A stretch of 64,000 bases of DNA from Phoronis australis (Eukaryota > Animalia > Phoronida). Positions 11,811 to 25,429 of the stretch are shown one piece after another; within the stretch, counting starts at the first letter, position 1, and each line of letters opens with the position of its first letter. The notes under the pieces were generated by a model, which saw only the letters and a program-made list of their open reading frames with translations, was not told the DNA's origin and ran no database searches. The translations under genes were made by a program, and so were the position numbers. Where the stretch lies: NCBI GenBank assembly GCA_002633005.1, contig NMRA01000018.1:879531-943530 (forward strand). The letters are read 5' to 3'.

Positions 11811-14579
11811 AGAGACTCTACTACTTAATCCTGTCTTCACAAATCCATTTTTGTTTTCTCCGTTTTGATGAAAACTATCTGGTAAACTTTTTGACGAAAA
11901 TTATCTGCTAAGTTTCTTCGTAAACTTTTGTCCTTACGAGGAAGTTCAGCCATAGCCTAGTGAGCGAATTAACCAAATTACTCTTCGCTGGCCCTGATCA
12001 GACGGTTGGTCTCGGCAGAATGCGCACATTTGGCCAGGATTTGGATCAGCGATTTCAACAAATTAACATTCGTGTACAAATAAGTAGAACGCTGGAAAAC
12101 CTTTAACATAAATAAAGATTACAGTAATACTTCATAAATAACCACCCGGACCAGTCAAAGTCTATCTCGCAATTCAACAGCTGGTTACACACTCATTTCA
12201 TGTCGAATATATGCCGCACAAAATCTCTCGACTGCAGTCTATGAAAATGTAACCAACTTCTTTGAAAACATGGAATAGGAACACCAGAGGGGTGTAAAGG
12301 TTGTTTTTATTCTTCAATGTTAATTTTTTTGTAATACATGTGTTTTAAGGAGTTACACCACCAGATTGTATGACCACTAAGGTACGTGTGAATATCAATA
12401 ATTCGTATTTATGCATGTGAATTGTTTTGATAAGCTGTAGCTTCATCCATCGTGCAGTCTGTCCTCAAAGTCGTCAAAGCAAGAGGAGTCAGCAGCATTC
12501 GTCGTTTCCGAGCAGCATTGTCCATGTCATCTGCACACAGCAGGTACTTTATTGCAGCAAACTTATTGGATTCAAATGCAAAGATGTTTCTACACTTGCA
12601 AGTCGGTTTATTGCCAACAAAATATTTTAAACTTTTATGGCAATTTGGTGTGTGTGTCTAGGAGTTATACTACACACCTGCATAAATTTGTCATTGTCTT
12701 ACCATCATACTTGGAGTAAAAAATTAACAAGTGAAGTAAATTCTGAATATAACTAACTAATACCTTTTACCGACAGTTTTGATGACGCAATTTCCTTATT
12801 TGTGTGTGCATTTAGGTGTTACTGGTGCATACCTGAATAAGATAGATTCTAGATTAACAGTTTCTGGTACGGAATTGATTGCTTGATAACACATTAAAAG
12901 TCTGCATTCTGGGAAATTAGGGGGAGACAAACAGTTTGTGAAATCGGCCGATTGGAATCGCTAAATGATGTACTTGGGGTTTTGATTCCAGCTACTTGGC
13001 TGCTTTCCTGTGCAACTAAGAAAGTTGGCCAGTGACGATTGTTTCTACATTGTAACACTGTCCAACTCTTGCAACAAGGAGGCTCCCTCAATAAGAGTCA
13101 AATTTGGAATTCCTGAAAATGGCCATGAAGTCTGAAATGTTGGTTGGCTGAAAATCTCCATTGTGTTCATTCTTAAAGATAATTGAAGGTTGACGTTACT
13201 ATATGCATATGAAAACTCTGACTGTCATGAGAACCAAAAACTTTGAAGAAAGGCATCAAAAGAAAGAAGTTTGACCCTGATACGTTTTGTAAATTATCTC
13301 AACGAGTGTTGAATTTGGAATTTACAAGAGACTAGTACTTTTGTTGGCATGGTCATGATAAACTAAGACTTTTGATTGTGTTATTTCGTTTTTTACACGA
13401 GTTGTATGTAGTAGCATCTTCCATTCGCAGTTGATTTCTTGGTAATTGATACCTTCGTAATCATGTGGTGTTTGTGTATATTTGAGTTACTATAGAAATT
13501 GATTAGTGTAATTACAGACAACTCTGGGCATGTGTTACAAGTTTATCAATTCTCTTTACATGCTTCACAGCTCCACTGGTGGTACTAAATCTTCACCAGC
13601 ATTAAAAGGAGGATCAGAAGGATGTATTATAATTACCACCTCTTTTCAAGTAACTTGACTATTTGTGGTGTGTTGAGGTATTATGATGGGCTTAGTTATA
13701 GTCTTAAAATGTGACCTTTGACCTCAAGCAGCTTGAAGGAACTGACTGGAAGCGCATGCATGCATTTATCATAAGTGTGACAGACATTAGAAACTCTGTG
13801 GTAACCACAGAGTTTTCCTTCGTGTGTATCGTTCAAAATCATGAATTTTGTGTTTTCTTCTGGAAATTTGCTCAAATGTTAAAGTGAAATACTCTGTGCT
13901 AGACATCAGGAATTGTTTAAAAGATGTTTTTGACTAGCATTCACTTGCCTCTTTAAAGAGAAATTGAAATTTTGCCCATAACCGGAAATTCATAACAACA
14001 CATTATGCTGCTTTCTTGATTTTTTGTGTACTGTTTAACTTCTGATTTTCTTCGTTTTCAGCTGCGTTGCTGTATGAGCAAGTCTTCTTCAAAGTATACG
14101 CAACATGTCTCTAGTACCTCAAAATAAATTTTATTACTATATCTTACTTGATTTCAGTGCCTTTAGTGTACAGCTCATAAAGAAACACGTAAAAAATTTT
14201 TAAAAAATAATTATGTACAACGTCATGGGTTGAACCCAAGTCGTTCGGCACACTGTTCGGATCAGCAACTAAGTGTATAGAGTGAAGTGAAAGCAAAGTA
14301 TATTTAGCGTCGAGAAGGTTCGTAGAGGGATGAAAAGATGTGTTTCCGGAGGCTACAGCAACAGCAGTCAGACAGAGAACATCTCGGTGTTCCGAAGGAC
14401 GCCAAAGTTGCGCAGTAGTGGCATCGCTTCGTGCGCCGAACGAGAGTGTGGGACCTCAGCGTGGACCAAGCGATTCTGTCCGGGCCCACTCTGTGTTCTG
14501 CCCACTTTGAGGAGTCGTGTTTCGACTCCAATCAGAGGAGATGTTACGATGAAGGCCTGGTTCAATAAAGGACAATATT

Positions 14580-14790
14580 TACTATTCAGAAACATCGGCT
14601 CTTTATTCAGGATCGTCTGTTGGATGACTGGGTTGACTGGCCGAGCCCGAGGCCGCTTCTCTCGCGGGAGGATCCAGTTCGTAAGGCCTCAAAGTAGAAA
14701 AGTACGCAGCTGAAAACATATCAAACTCGTTCTCAATCTCGTGCAACCCCATTTCGTCATCCTGGCCACCATTCTCTTACGTTTCTTCAT
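14580..14790 (-). pseudogene. Possible KolX/P2X7-ballast-like first-exon remnant
   Basis: Acidic DDEMGLHEIENEFD...LRPYELDPPARE...DVSE followed by a gtaaat donor. Resembles the PYxFEP...DVSEW N-terminus of this family. A TTAA-ended terminus lies at ~15047-15059. Confidence 0.35.
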
Positions 14791-15099
14791 AGTATTTGTT
14801 TATTTCTTGCTCATAATCGTTATCGCTTTCAAATTCCCTACTCTCCGCCGTTGTTCAATGCTAGTTGCTGTTCTCTTGTGTTCAACCCATGATGTCACAT
14901 GGAGGGAAATGTGAAAATTGGCAAAATTGAAAGAGAAATCAAAATTTCGAGCTAATGACACAAAATAATCATGGATTTGGCTAAATTTTACGTCATACAT
15001 TTATTCTGTGGCCACCGGTAATTCGAAATGTGCAAAAATCCATGGTGTGTACTGTTTAAGGTCACAACACACACGCTTCTGATGTTTTTAAAGGGGTAC

Positions 15100-16290
15100 C
15101 TAGAAATGCTAGTTCTTTGGTTTTTGTATATAATCAAGTAAGAAAATATCTATTTATGGTCCCTAAATTTTCAATAGACATTGAGAAAAATATTTTGTTC
15201 AATTTTATAGACCCCGGAATTGTAGATTTTGAAAGCGATTGCGTATTAGGATATTTGGGACTTCAGTTGCGGCCTCAGTTATGCTAGCTTTTTGCTTCTC
15301 ACAGTTAACAAAGTTAAGGATTATGTATTTGTCTTCAGTACTTTCATTAGACATTATGAATATGTTCTTTACCAGGTTACGTATATGTGCTCCAACAATT
15401 GTTGATTTTGAAAGCGATTTTGGTTTAAATATGTAGTAAAATTTGTGCACATTTCATTATTGGCACCAGTCATGCTAGCTTTTTGTTTCTCACAGTTAAC
15501 GAAGTTAAGGATCGTGTGTTTTTGTCTTCAGGACTTTCATTGGACATTGTGAATATCTTCTGTACCAAGTTTTGTGGATGTGCTCTAACAATTGTTGATT
15601 TTGAAAGCGATTTTGGTATGAATATTTAGTGAAAGTTGTGTGAATTTCATTATTGGCCCCAGTCATGCTAGCTTTATGGATATCAAAAGTAATCAAGTTA
15701 AGGAACATGTGGTTTTGTCTCCAAGACTTTCATTAGACATTATGAATATGTACTGTACCACGTTTTGTATATGTGCTCCAAAAATTGTAGATTTTGAAGC
15801 GATTTTGGTTTGAATGTGTAGTAAAATTTTTGCGAATTTCATCATTGGTCCCAGTCATGTTAGCTTTGTGCTTCTCACAATTAACCAAGTTAAGGATCAT
15901 GTGTTTTTGTCTTCAAGGCTTTCATTAGACATTATGAATATGCTCTGTACCACGTTTCGTAGATGTGCTCCAACAATTGTTGATTCTGAAAGCGATTTTG
16001 GTTTGAATATGTTGTAAAGCTTGTGTGAATTTCATTACTGGCCCCAGTCATGCTAGCTTTTTGGCTGTCAAATGTATTCAAATTAAGAAACATGTTTTGT
16101 CTCCAAGGCTTACATTAAACATTAAGAATGTGTACTGTACCGAGTTTCGTAGATGTGCTCCAAACATTGAAAATTTTGAAAGCGATTTTGGTCTAAGTTT
16201 GTAGAAATATGTTTACGAATTTCATCTGGGACTCCATTTATGCTAGGTTTTTGGCTTTCATATTTTATCAAGTTATAGAACACCAGTTTT
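15100..16290 (+). repeat. Tandem repeat array, ~193-bp unit, ~6 copies
   Basis: gattttgaaagcgatt(ttgg) recurs at ~15225, 15404, 15597, 15790, 15982 and 16173, with atgctagcttt and ctttcattagacatt in each unit. Confidence 0.9.
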
Positions 16291-17332
16291 TTGTAAAATA
16301 TTTTCTGACTTCTCAATAAATGAGCATGTTTCACTGCTAACCAAGAAACTTATAGGTAATTTATATCGAGGAACATTTCGAGATTAATTTCATACTAAAT
16401 ATATGTAGACTAAATGAAAAGTTGGTTTTCGTGATGTAAGCTGGTTCATCTCAGCTTTATATTTCAGTAGAGCTAGCAAGAGCAGACGCGAACCTTTGGT
16501 GCAGATGACGAGGAGGCAGCTGTGGCGCCGGAGGACAAGGGTGGACAACTGACAACTCTGAATCCCTGCAAGATAGGATGACAATAGTGGCAATTGTAAG
16601 AAGACATTCAAATTAAATTTTATTCTGAGGCTTCCATACTGCAAACATAGACTTATACAAGTCCCAGATAGTGAAGCTGAATTGGCAAATGAAATCATAA
16701 GAAGGCCGATTTAAGTGAGACGGGGTGCCTCGGGCTCCATTATTGGCAGGAAAAACTGACACCAACATATCGCTTTTGGGCTATCAAAATTAGGATTGGC
16801 CTGTTGAAATTTGTGACTGCGATAGTGTTATCGATAGAAAGTTAATCAAAAGTAATCCTGGGCACCCGGATAGGGGTGAGAAGTTAAGTACCCCTCCGCT
16901 AGCCAAGTTGGAAGGTAGCACCACAACCCTCTTCGTAAAAGATCGGGGCGAAACTGATGGCGACCAAGAGTAGAGGGGAATGCGCATTGCTCCACTCCTG
17001 CTCACCTTCCTATGCCTATGGACTGAATCTAATCGTATGCTGTGCCATGGTAATCACAGAGTAAATCATGGAAACAGAACCTGGACAGGACCCAGTGGCG
17101 GATCTAGGGTATCACAACGGGGGGGACATTTTGTCTGTAAACAATTGCGCCAAGCACGATTGTAGATGCACATAGCACCGAATGGGGAGAGGTCGGGAGG
17201 GGGGGGGTTGTTTTTTCCTCTAAAAATCAAGCATTTTCCTTGATTCCTGAAGTATTATCCAAGAAAAATAAGGCAACGTAAAAACAGAAAAAAAAACACG
17301 GAGAACGTGTCTAACTTGAAAAACTGCAATTA

Positions 17333-17391
17333 CCACAGACTCGAACTCAAGACCTGGCAGCAAAGCGCGCGTGCTTTACCACTGCATCAAC
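17333..17391 (-). repeat. tRNA-derived SINE head remnant
   Basis: The minus strand reads gttgatgcagtggtaaagcacgcgcgc...gagttcgagtctgtgg, with A-box- and B-box-like motifs but no intact cloverleaf. Confidence 0.45.
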
Positions 17392-17799
17392 ACGACTTCA
17401 CTCATAATTAGTTACTAAGAGACCTACTTGTTTATGGTCCACAGCGTTTGCGCGCGAAACCTACTTCTTTTTGTAATGCTTATTATACTTTTTATATTTT
17501 GTGCAATCAGTTTGTAAAAAATTTGTCGTATTTAAAATAGTCTACAATTGCCCAAAAGACCAAATCCGTTTTTGTGTTAGCATTAGTGACGCGATTGCTT
17601 TGGAAATCGTCTTTGGAAATCGTCTTAAGTTAAGGTTTGACAAAGAGAGAATTATGAGTTTTTGAGTGACTCACTAAGGCTTTGATTAAAATTCACATCT
17701 TACCAGCATTTTCTGTTTTTTCATCGTCACTCAGATTCCATTTTCTTGAAAAAATGAAATAATTCTCTTCATTGCACAGTGAAGCAGACGACGGAAACG

Positions 17800-18470
17800 A
17801 AGTCGCAGTGCCGGTCGTTGGAGATGCTGCGGCAGAAATAACTGGGTGTGGTCATTTCAGACCATTCATTAACAAACTTCACTCACTCTACGCCATGTCA
17901 TCCAAAAACCAAGTCGAGTTGAAAGCTATTGCTTCTGATCTTGGATGTCAGTTCTTTACGAATTGGTCACGGGCTGGATGTTCGCTGGGTAACAAGTAAT
18001 TTCCGCACAGTAAACGTAGTATGGAGATCGTTGGAAGCATTACCTATTGACCAGTGAGAACAGAAGCCGTGATTCCACAGGTCGAAGCCTGTTTCTGGGA
18101 TTGATGCGATACTTGGAAAGTCCCATTTTCATTCAGAATCTTGGGATAGTGCATGAAGTTCCGTACTGGAGGAATTGTGAACTCTGGCTGTGGACTTACA
18201 ATCCAGGAGTACCACAACACCACAAGCGGACAAATTGATTCGTCACACGCCAGTGCAATTTCTGAAGTCCCTGGTTGACAATGCCGGGCACGCTTTCGGG
18301 ACAGCAATGTCATGCGTCAGAGACGAGAGATTTGAATACCTACAATGGAAGAAGAACAACAATAGAGTCACTGCCGAGGCCACACGTTCCAGGACAGGTT
18401 ATCGAGAGTGTTGTTATGAACATGGAGCGCCGTTTACTTACCAATGGTGAGCAGTCATCTCTGAGCATCC
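17800..18470 (+). pseudogene. hAT transposase relic (KIAA1586/ZNF862-like)
   Basis: Frameshifted pieces VGDAAAEITGCGHFRPFINKLHSLYAMSSKNQVELK, LDVRWVTSNFRTV, RSLFLGLMRYLESPIFIQNLG and DLQSRSTTTPQADKLI match the hAT RW-motif region. Confidence 0.8.
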
Positions 18471-20152
18471 GTTTCATGTAAGTGACAGAATGTATATTTT
18501 TATATATAAAATCCATGTATTGATGAAAAACATCAACATGCGGTGTCATAACATACCCCAGTTGTTTATTAAGTAGACATTTTACAATACAGCAGCCCCA
18601 TCACGAACCCCTTTTAGCGCTAGAAAAAATTGAGATGGCGTATGCACCAAACGAAGTTTATGACATCTTCGACACAACGAAATTGGCATTCACCTTGTCT
18701 TCATCGTATTGGAGTCAGCGACGACTGGCCGTTTAACTTAGTGCAAAATACGTGGAAAACCAAGGAAACATATTAACTGTTCATTTCATGTCAATTAATA
18801 ATAAAATTGATCAAAATTATTACCTTTAGAATTTTTTAATTCAATTATTTAGCACACATTCTAATACGGGCCCGTATAGGAATCCCCGGAAGAATGACTG
18901 GGGTCGCCTAAACAGTCGAGAAAAACAAATGCTTCGTCCGAATTGTTACCAAGCAATTTCACAATGTTTATTATAAAGTGTAGTTTGCTTGATAAAAAAA
19001 CTATTTTGATGTTAGAAACTTTGCGCTCATGTCTGCTTGAAGCCGAAGGTGTGAACACAGCGCGATTCCGATACACAAAGCTGACGAGTGTGTGTCTCGT
19101 ATTGGAACCGGCGACAATAGGCCGTTGAATTTGGTACAAAATACATGGAAAAGATACAACGCATATTAGCTTGATCTTTTCGTACGAAACAGTTTTATTC
19201 AAATTCATCGAAAATTTTACATTAGCAACTTAATTTTCAAAATAATTCGCCTTGAAATCCTGCAACCCGTAGTCTCGCCGCCATTTTGAATATAGACTCA
19301 GTAAACCTCACTTGCACAAAGATTGAAAATTTAATAACAAACAAGTTGCAAGTATCTGTAATTTATCCCATTCGCGTTGAATCAGTCGAGGGAAATACAG
19401 ACATGTAATAATATTTTCCGTATTCACCTCCCGCACTACTTCAACAGCGACCTCTGACATGGAAAGTTCAAAAGGTAGGTCAGTATAACTCGTCGTCGAT
19501 AGCTGGTTCGTTCATCAAATAGTTTAAAGTAATGCAATTGCGACAGCGTGAGTAACACTTAACATGCAATCAGGTCTCAGTCGCAACATCCAGAACAGGA
19601 CTGTTAGTTACCGGGTATATGTCAGTTCTGTCTCAGTTTTCAATTGCTAATATGTCGTCTGCAACTACTCAAACTGTTTCTTTTATTAGAGAAAACTTGC
19701 AATCTAACGCCCAAGTACATAGATATAGGCTGTGATCTGCCACGTGGACAGTCTGAGTGAAGTATTTGAAAAATCTGGCGAATAAATGAAAGAAACTTAG
19801 GAATTTGATGCGTACGGGATGAATACAAAACGTACCTCGATTGATGTAGATAAAGTAATATCCCACTCGATATTATTTCGCGTACATTACTTCATCAGCG
19901 TCACTCTCGGTACGTTTTGTGTATATATTAAAACTATGAAATAAAGTCTCGATTGCATGGAAACATATCGAATTATAATGACAGTATTCAATTTAACGTT
20001 TTAAATTCAATAAAATATATATTCCGATATGGGGCACCCATTTCAGAATTCCGTTACAGGAACGGCCCAAATCAGAATATTCCGATTTGGACTGGATTCC
20101 CGCAGGTCCGGAACAGTAACACGAAACGTCGAAGTGCGCGCTGTAGATATTG

Positions 20153-20375
20153 TAGCCAGCCAACTAGCTGTTTGAAGACTGTCGCCAAAATACAGCTAGA
20201 TACCACTATGTGTTGAGCTCCGTCACGAAATTTCATACAGGCCCGGTATGAGTTCTGCTTGTGGCCTCGTCGTGAAACTTACATAGCAGAGCCAACGACC
20301 AATTGGGTGCATGCAAATTCCGACACTAACCTTGCCCGTTAAAATGAAAAACAAGCTAATAAACGTCATTTTCTA
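20153..20375 (+). repeat. Dispersed repeat (copy of 11270-11520), tagcc-starting, Academ-like end
   Basis: Direct similarity to 11270-11520; begins tagccag. Confidence 0.5.
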
Positions 20376-23300
20376 GCATAATTCTCCCCCTTTTAAGTTT
20401 TGTAAGAAAGAAATTGTGTCGACGTTTTGAAAACAGCAGGCCTACGCTCGTGACACGGCATTACTTGGGAGATGATGACAGCTTCGCAGCAGCTGGTTTG
20501 CTTGTACACTAAAAACTTGTAACGAAATGAAACCAGTTCGGACAATTTGTTGTGACATGTACTCAACCTCGTGGCAGCGAAGAACAGCTGATAGAAGAAT
20601 AAACGGGGGAAAAGAAACTGGTCAGGTCAGGTGACGTAATTGCCGAAAGCCGACTCAAAAGATCCCACTTCAATTTTAGCAGTAGATGAGTGATGAACGC
20701 CAACTTTTCCAACATGGGTAAATAATTTTGTTTACTCAAAGAAGAGCGATGTAGCTTTTAATGACAATACTTTTGTGTCAGAATTTATTTGGTCATCTTT
20801 ACCATCGTGGGCGCAAAATTGTAGATTTTGTATACAGCTCTGCACTGGTCTAGAACAGATCTTGCTGATCGGGAATTTTGTCGCGAGTCCTTGTCGTGGA
20901 TACGAATCTATTCCACGCACGGCAAATGACGGTATCGGCGGGGAAGTCGCACAATTGTATGACAAGGCCGCTTCAATGCTGCATCCGTACGCAACGGGGG
21001 CATTTTTTACCAGAGACCGATAACTAGCCCACGTCAAATAAATGACCCTCTGCTGTTACGCAGTGAGGCTTAGAAGAAATTTCGTTGGCACGATGATGTC
21101 ATATGTCCCTCTTTGCTCTGATTGGTTGAGCATTTCTCTGGGGGCGCTCGAAGGGGCTACGAATCATACGCGGTGTGCTTTACGTCGCATTTAATTACTT
21201 CCTATACCATGCAAGTAAGAAAAACAATATTTTATTAAAAAATACTGGTATTTCTGGTGTCAAGAGGGTGTAAATATGAGCGTGTCACGGCTTAGAAATT
21301 ATCTCCGTGATTAGCAGTTACATGTATATTCTCAGAGACTTTGCACTTCTTGCTCAAAGAGAACCAATCATTTTTCAGAAGTAGTTTATAGAGCGTAAAC
21401 CAAATTTCTGTCCCAAGTCTTTAGTCACTTTTCATGGAGCAGGCTTTGAAACGTGGCCCAGTGGAACCAGCGTACGACTGTGAGCACGAAGGTAGGTGTG
21501 GCTATGGACTGTTTTGGCTGGTTTCCACAGTAGCAATCAGGGGAATGTGCGAGTTCGCAGAAGTAGAGAAGTTGAGAATAGACAGCCTACCAAGTGAACT
21601 GAAACAGCTTGGCCTCAGCAATAAGACTCTTTCGTGTATGAGCAGTGCGGCATAATTCGTATTTATGTCTGATATAAAACGAATTAGGACTGACAATGAT
21701 GTACAAAATCATTGGAAAATTATGTCAGCCATAAACTGATATATTTATGTTCGTGTGTGAAGTATATGCATGGTTTCAAGAATAATCTTGGTCTTGGAAC
21801 GCTACATGGGCATTTATTTACATTTTGGATGCAATTGGGATCTCGTTTGTTTGAGAAGACCTTTGTATTTTGAAAACATTCATTTGTGCCGGTAAGCCGC
21901 CCTTGCATTGTCTCTGTCAACGGATTTTGCCGGTTCCGAATTGAAAGCAAACGATCTTTAATTTGACATAGTATAGGGACTGTGAAAAATATCAACAATT
22001 TTTTTTTTCTCAACAGTTTACAATGATTGTCCTAAATTCTGTTCATTTAGACAGAAGTCCAATATTATGGCTACACTTTGACTGATTCCGGTCCTAAGAA
22101 ATTTCATGAAACGGGGCTAAGACATTTTGGTCTTAAGTTAGGGCAGGTTTTGTCTAAGTAAAAATAAAAGGTTTCATGAAACAGACACCTGATTTCCAAA
22201 TTTACATGCTACGATGTCGCATTATTTGCAATGAGCCAATGAGAAGCTGTGTTGGATTTTACATTGATAACGCCATTGGCTGAACCAAAGCATTGTGAAT
22301 GGTGTATTGCATGAGGAACGATCTGAAGCGAGTTCGCAGTGACAGGCTTATGCGTTTTTAAGAAAGCTCGCATCTCTAACTAGTGAATTGACGTGGAGAT
22401 GAGGGTCAGGAATTTCTTCAACTTGAAGTAGTCTTCTTTAAGGTTACTCTGGGACCCAAGAAAAAAATTAAATTTTGGCGGCCAGCTTCGGAACATATCA
22501 CAGAAATCAGATTGATCGGATTCATATAAAACTTTCAGATATTACATATTGTATGCTTTATGCACTATTCTTCAAAAAGCTATTAGGAATTATTTTATAA
22601 TTGTTCCACTTTCGAATTAGGGCCTATTAAAAATGGGACCTATTTTTATGAAAAAATTTGCATAGAAAGAAACAGAAACGATAACATAGAAAACTGTAAC
22701 GGATATTTTGATATTTTATCTTGAATATTCATATCACATGAAATTTGGTCACGTGATACTATTGATCCTGTTGTTTTGCTATACAGGTTTCTTTTTGAAA
22801 CGTCACGTGACCCAAGTAGAGGCATATTGGTACAGCATAAACTCAATAAGCAAATTTTACGGAATTTCTGTTCTCAGAAAATGCATATTTCAATCTAGTT
22901 AAATGCTGTAGTTTTATTAACATTTGCCTAAGTGTACAGACTTGTCAAAACATTGATCAGTTGAATAATCAGCATTGGGATTTATCGTGTAATTCAGGCT
23001 TTGATGCGGGCCAGTCACTTTCCGTGATGAGAACACACACTGTGAAGTGGCATTCTCATTAAATAAATTTATGGTTTCAGCAGTGACAAAGCTGGCCTAA
23101 AACTGTTGTTTGGGGAAGCACAAAATTATTTAGGTTAGGAACACGCAAAGTATTTTATGTATAATGATGACTCTTGCTACTTGACTAGGCTTTCCTCGAT
23201 CAGCTCCCGGCTAACTGCTGCCTGCTGGTTTGTGAGCCTTGGCTCTTGGTGATATGCCAATTACTTGCACATCCATTCAAGGATTAATACTGTCCAATGT

Positions 23301-23904
23301 AGATAGTAGATGTAAACAGGTTAGCTAAACTAGCAAGATGATATCAGCTGGCTGTCGTCTGATGAATGCTTTCATGCAGCAGACGACTTGGGAACGGGAA
23401 AGGTACGGACACAATATTTTCTTGGCAATTGATGGGCTGTCCTGATCATTTTGCATTCACACCTGGTGGCCAACATATTAGTTAAGGCTACTTTTTAAAT
23501 TAAAATTCTTACTTATCGTGCAAGTGTATTCTTGGGAACTTTTTTGAAATTGACATTTGAACATCTGTAGATGGTTTAATGCAAATTTCCCGTTGCCCCC
23601 GAAAGTAGCCACAGAGATGAAAGATAGGAGAGCTGGGACTATGGCCTAGAAAGGGGGGGTATATCGTTTTTTTCGATTTCCTCGAGAGCCCATAATGCTT
23701 AGGAAGTGGCTAGCGGTAGTGAAGAATAGTACGCCGTTAATACCAAGTATGATGCCGTGAAACTTCTTCGTGTCTGTCAGTGGCCTGCATATCGTCGGAT
23801 CGGTTGTTGATCAGTTTTTGATTTTAGAGAATTGAAGTTGGCCATGAAAACATAAAGAATTGCAATTAATTCAAGACGTGAGAACATAACGTTTTATAGA
23901 ACCT

Positions 23905-24335
23905 GTTTTTGACGACAGACTCGTTCGTGAGGCGCTTGTGTTTGGTCCTGGGTGTAGGATATTTTCGCCAGTTCTCTTTCTCATTCCTAAAAAAATGTCT
24001 TAAGCACACCTCTGTTTAGATGCGGTGCAAAATCAGGATGGTCCGTGAGACACATCTGCTCTTCTCTGAGAAAGCGTTTCACTTGCGGAATTTCGTGGCA
24101 GCAAACGCAAGCGACAATTGTTTCCGTTACCGTGCACTTAGCGCACTGACACCATGACAGGTCATTCAATCGGTTTCCGGAACTATCCATATGTTCCGTT
24201 GTCTGTGCACTTTCACGGGCCCTCTCTATTCTTTCTTGATCAGTGTATTCCGGTTCGAACTGATAACTTGTGATATCGACCTGGGAATTATTTGTCGGAT
24301 GAACACTCGTCTATGTCGAGATTGCGAGTTGCCAC
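23905..24335 (-). pseudogene. KolX / P2X7 cytoplasmic-ballast-like Cys-rich protein relic (Kolobok accessory gene)
   Basis: In-frame extension of ORF 23987-24190 gives SYQFEPEYT...RLNDLSWCQCAKC...CVCCHEI...CLTDHPDF...LNRGVL, with NWRK in the next frame. Frameshifted at both ends. A TTAA-ended Kolobok-like terminus (ggcattctcct|ttaa) lies at 25404-25408. Confidence 0.75.
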
Positions 24336-25429
24336 GTTGACGTTTATTATTATACGTTCTGTTTCAAAATGAATTATTCTCACCATAACCAATGCTGATA
24401 TAAAACCGAAACAAAGTCTATCTCATCAGATACAATTTGTAATGCCTTGGAGTGTTCGTGAGTGTAAACGTTTTGAGAAGCCAGCAATCACTGCCTTACC
24501 GGCTTTAGATGCAATAAACTTATTGACGGGGCACCGAAGCCGTGTGAGCGCATGCTAATTCAGTGTTTGCTGACAGAAAGCTGTTACGAAACATTAACTC
24601 GATTTTATATCCTATGGTCAGATGTTAGGGGAATCTTTATTTAAATATTCATATACATTATTCGAATCATTGTTACTGTACAACGTTTGCCCTGACGGTT
24701 CTGTGGAAGGGAAACTTGACTTCGCGGTCCCCGACGGGCTATTAAGTACATTTGCAGTTTTGCGGCTAATTCACCAAAATAATCATTTGCAAATTTGTTC
24801 TTTGGCTCACTAGACTAGTTTTTGTGACTGCAAGTTTAGTTTCCAACTTTGGCTGGTTTATGTTCGTGATGTCTTCAGTCCGGCCGCGATGGACCTGATC
24901 GGGTTCCGAGCCACTGGTCGGGATAGCAACCGTTTTGTGTGTTTAGGATTGAAAAAATCGCAGGTCTAAAATGACAGCACACAGCTATGCATTTCATGGA
25001 CGAACAATTTGAATTTATCACCTAACAGACTCCAAACTCCCGCAACCAACCTTGGTAAATTGGCCTGCCAAACTTTGTAGGCTACATACGGTACGTTCAT
25101 ATACCTAAAAATCCGTTACAGCGAAATAAAATAACACGTTTGTTCAATAAATCGATGTATTTTTAAAGGTTTTCCATAGAATTTTGATGCTTTATTGGTG
25201 TAAAACGATGAAAACCAGCGATAAGCTGACACCAGTAAGCGTGTTGTGAACTGCCTTACAGACTGTATTCGAACCTCGGACGTCATTGGTCAATTTCAAC
25301 ACCTTCGTCTGCCGTCAAGTGTCAGACCTATACTTGCTGTTATCGAGTGGAACTACTCGATATAAATTAACACAAACTAGGTTGTTTTTGGCTGGCATTC
25401 TCCTTTAAGTCAGTTTTAGCCGGTAGCTC

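Noticed and set aside
12427-13200. Possible exon or transposase fragments
   Set aside because: No motif I can assign with confidence; contains stops.
14227-14255. B-box-like ggttcaaccc on the minus strand (tRNA gene?)
   Set aside because: No cloverleaf or clear A box; at most a SINE remnant.
15100-16290. CRISPR-like regular repeats
   Set aside because: Whole ~193-bp units are homologous, so there are no unique spacers; eukaryotic context with no cas genes.
21434-21655. SAP-like peptide EVEKLRIDSLPSELKQLGL
   Set aside because: Too short and unsupported by neighbouring sequence.
23354-23387. ctgatga within a 15-bp hairpin (possible hammerhead or SECIS)
   Set aside because: No GAAA box or SECIS quartet geometry; it is a simple imperfect palindrome.
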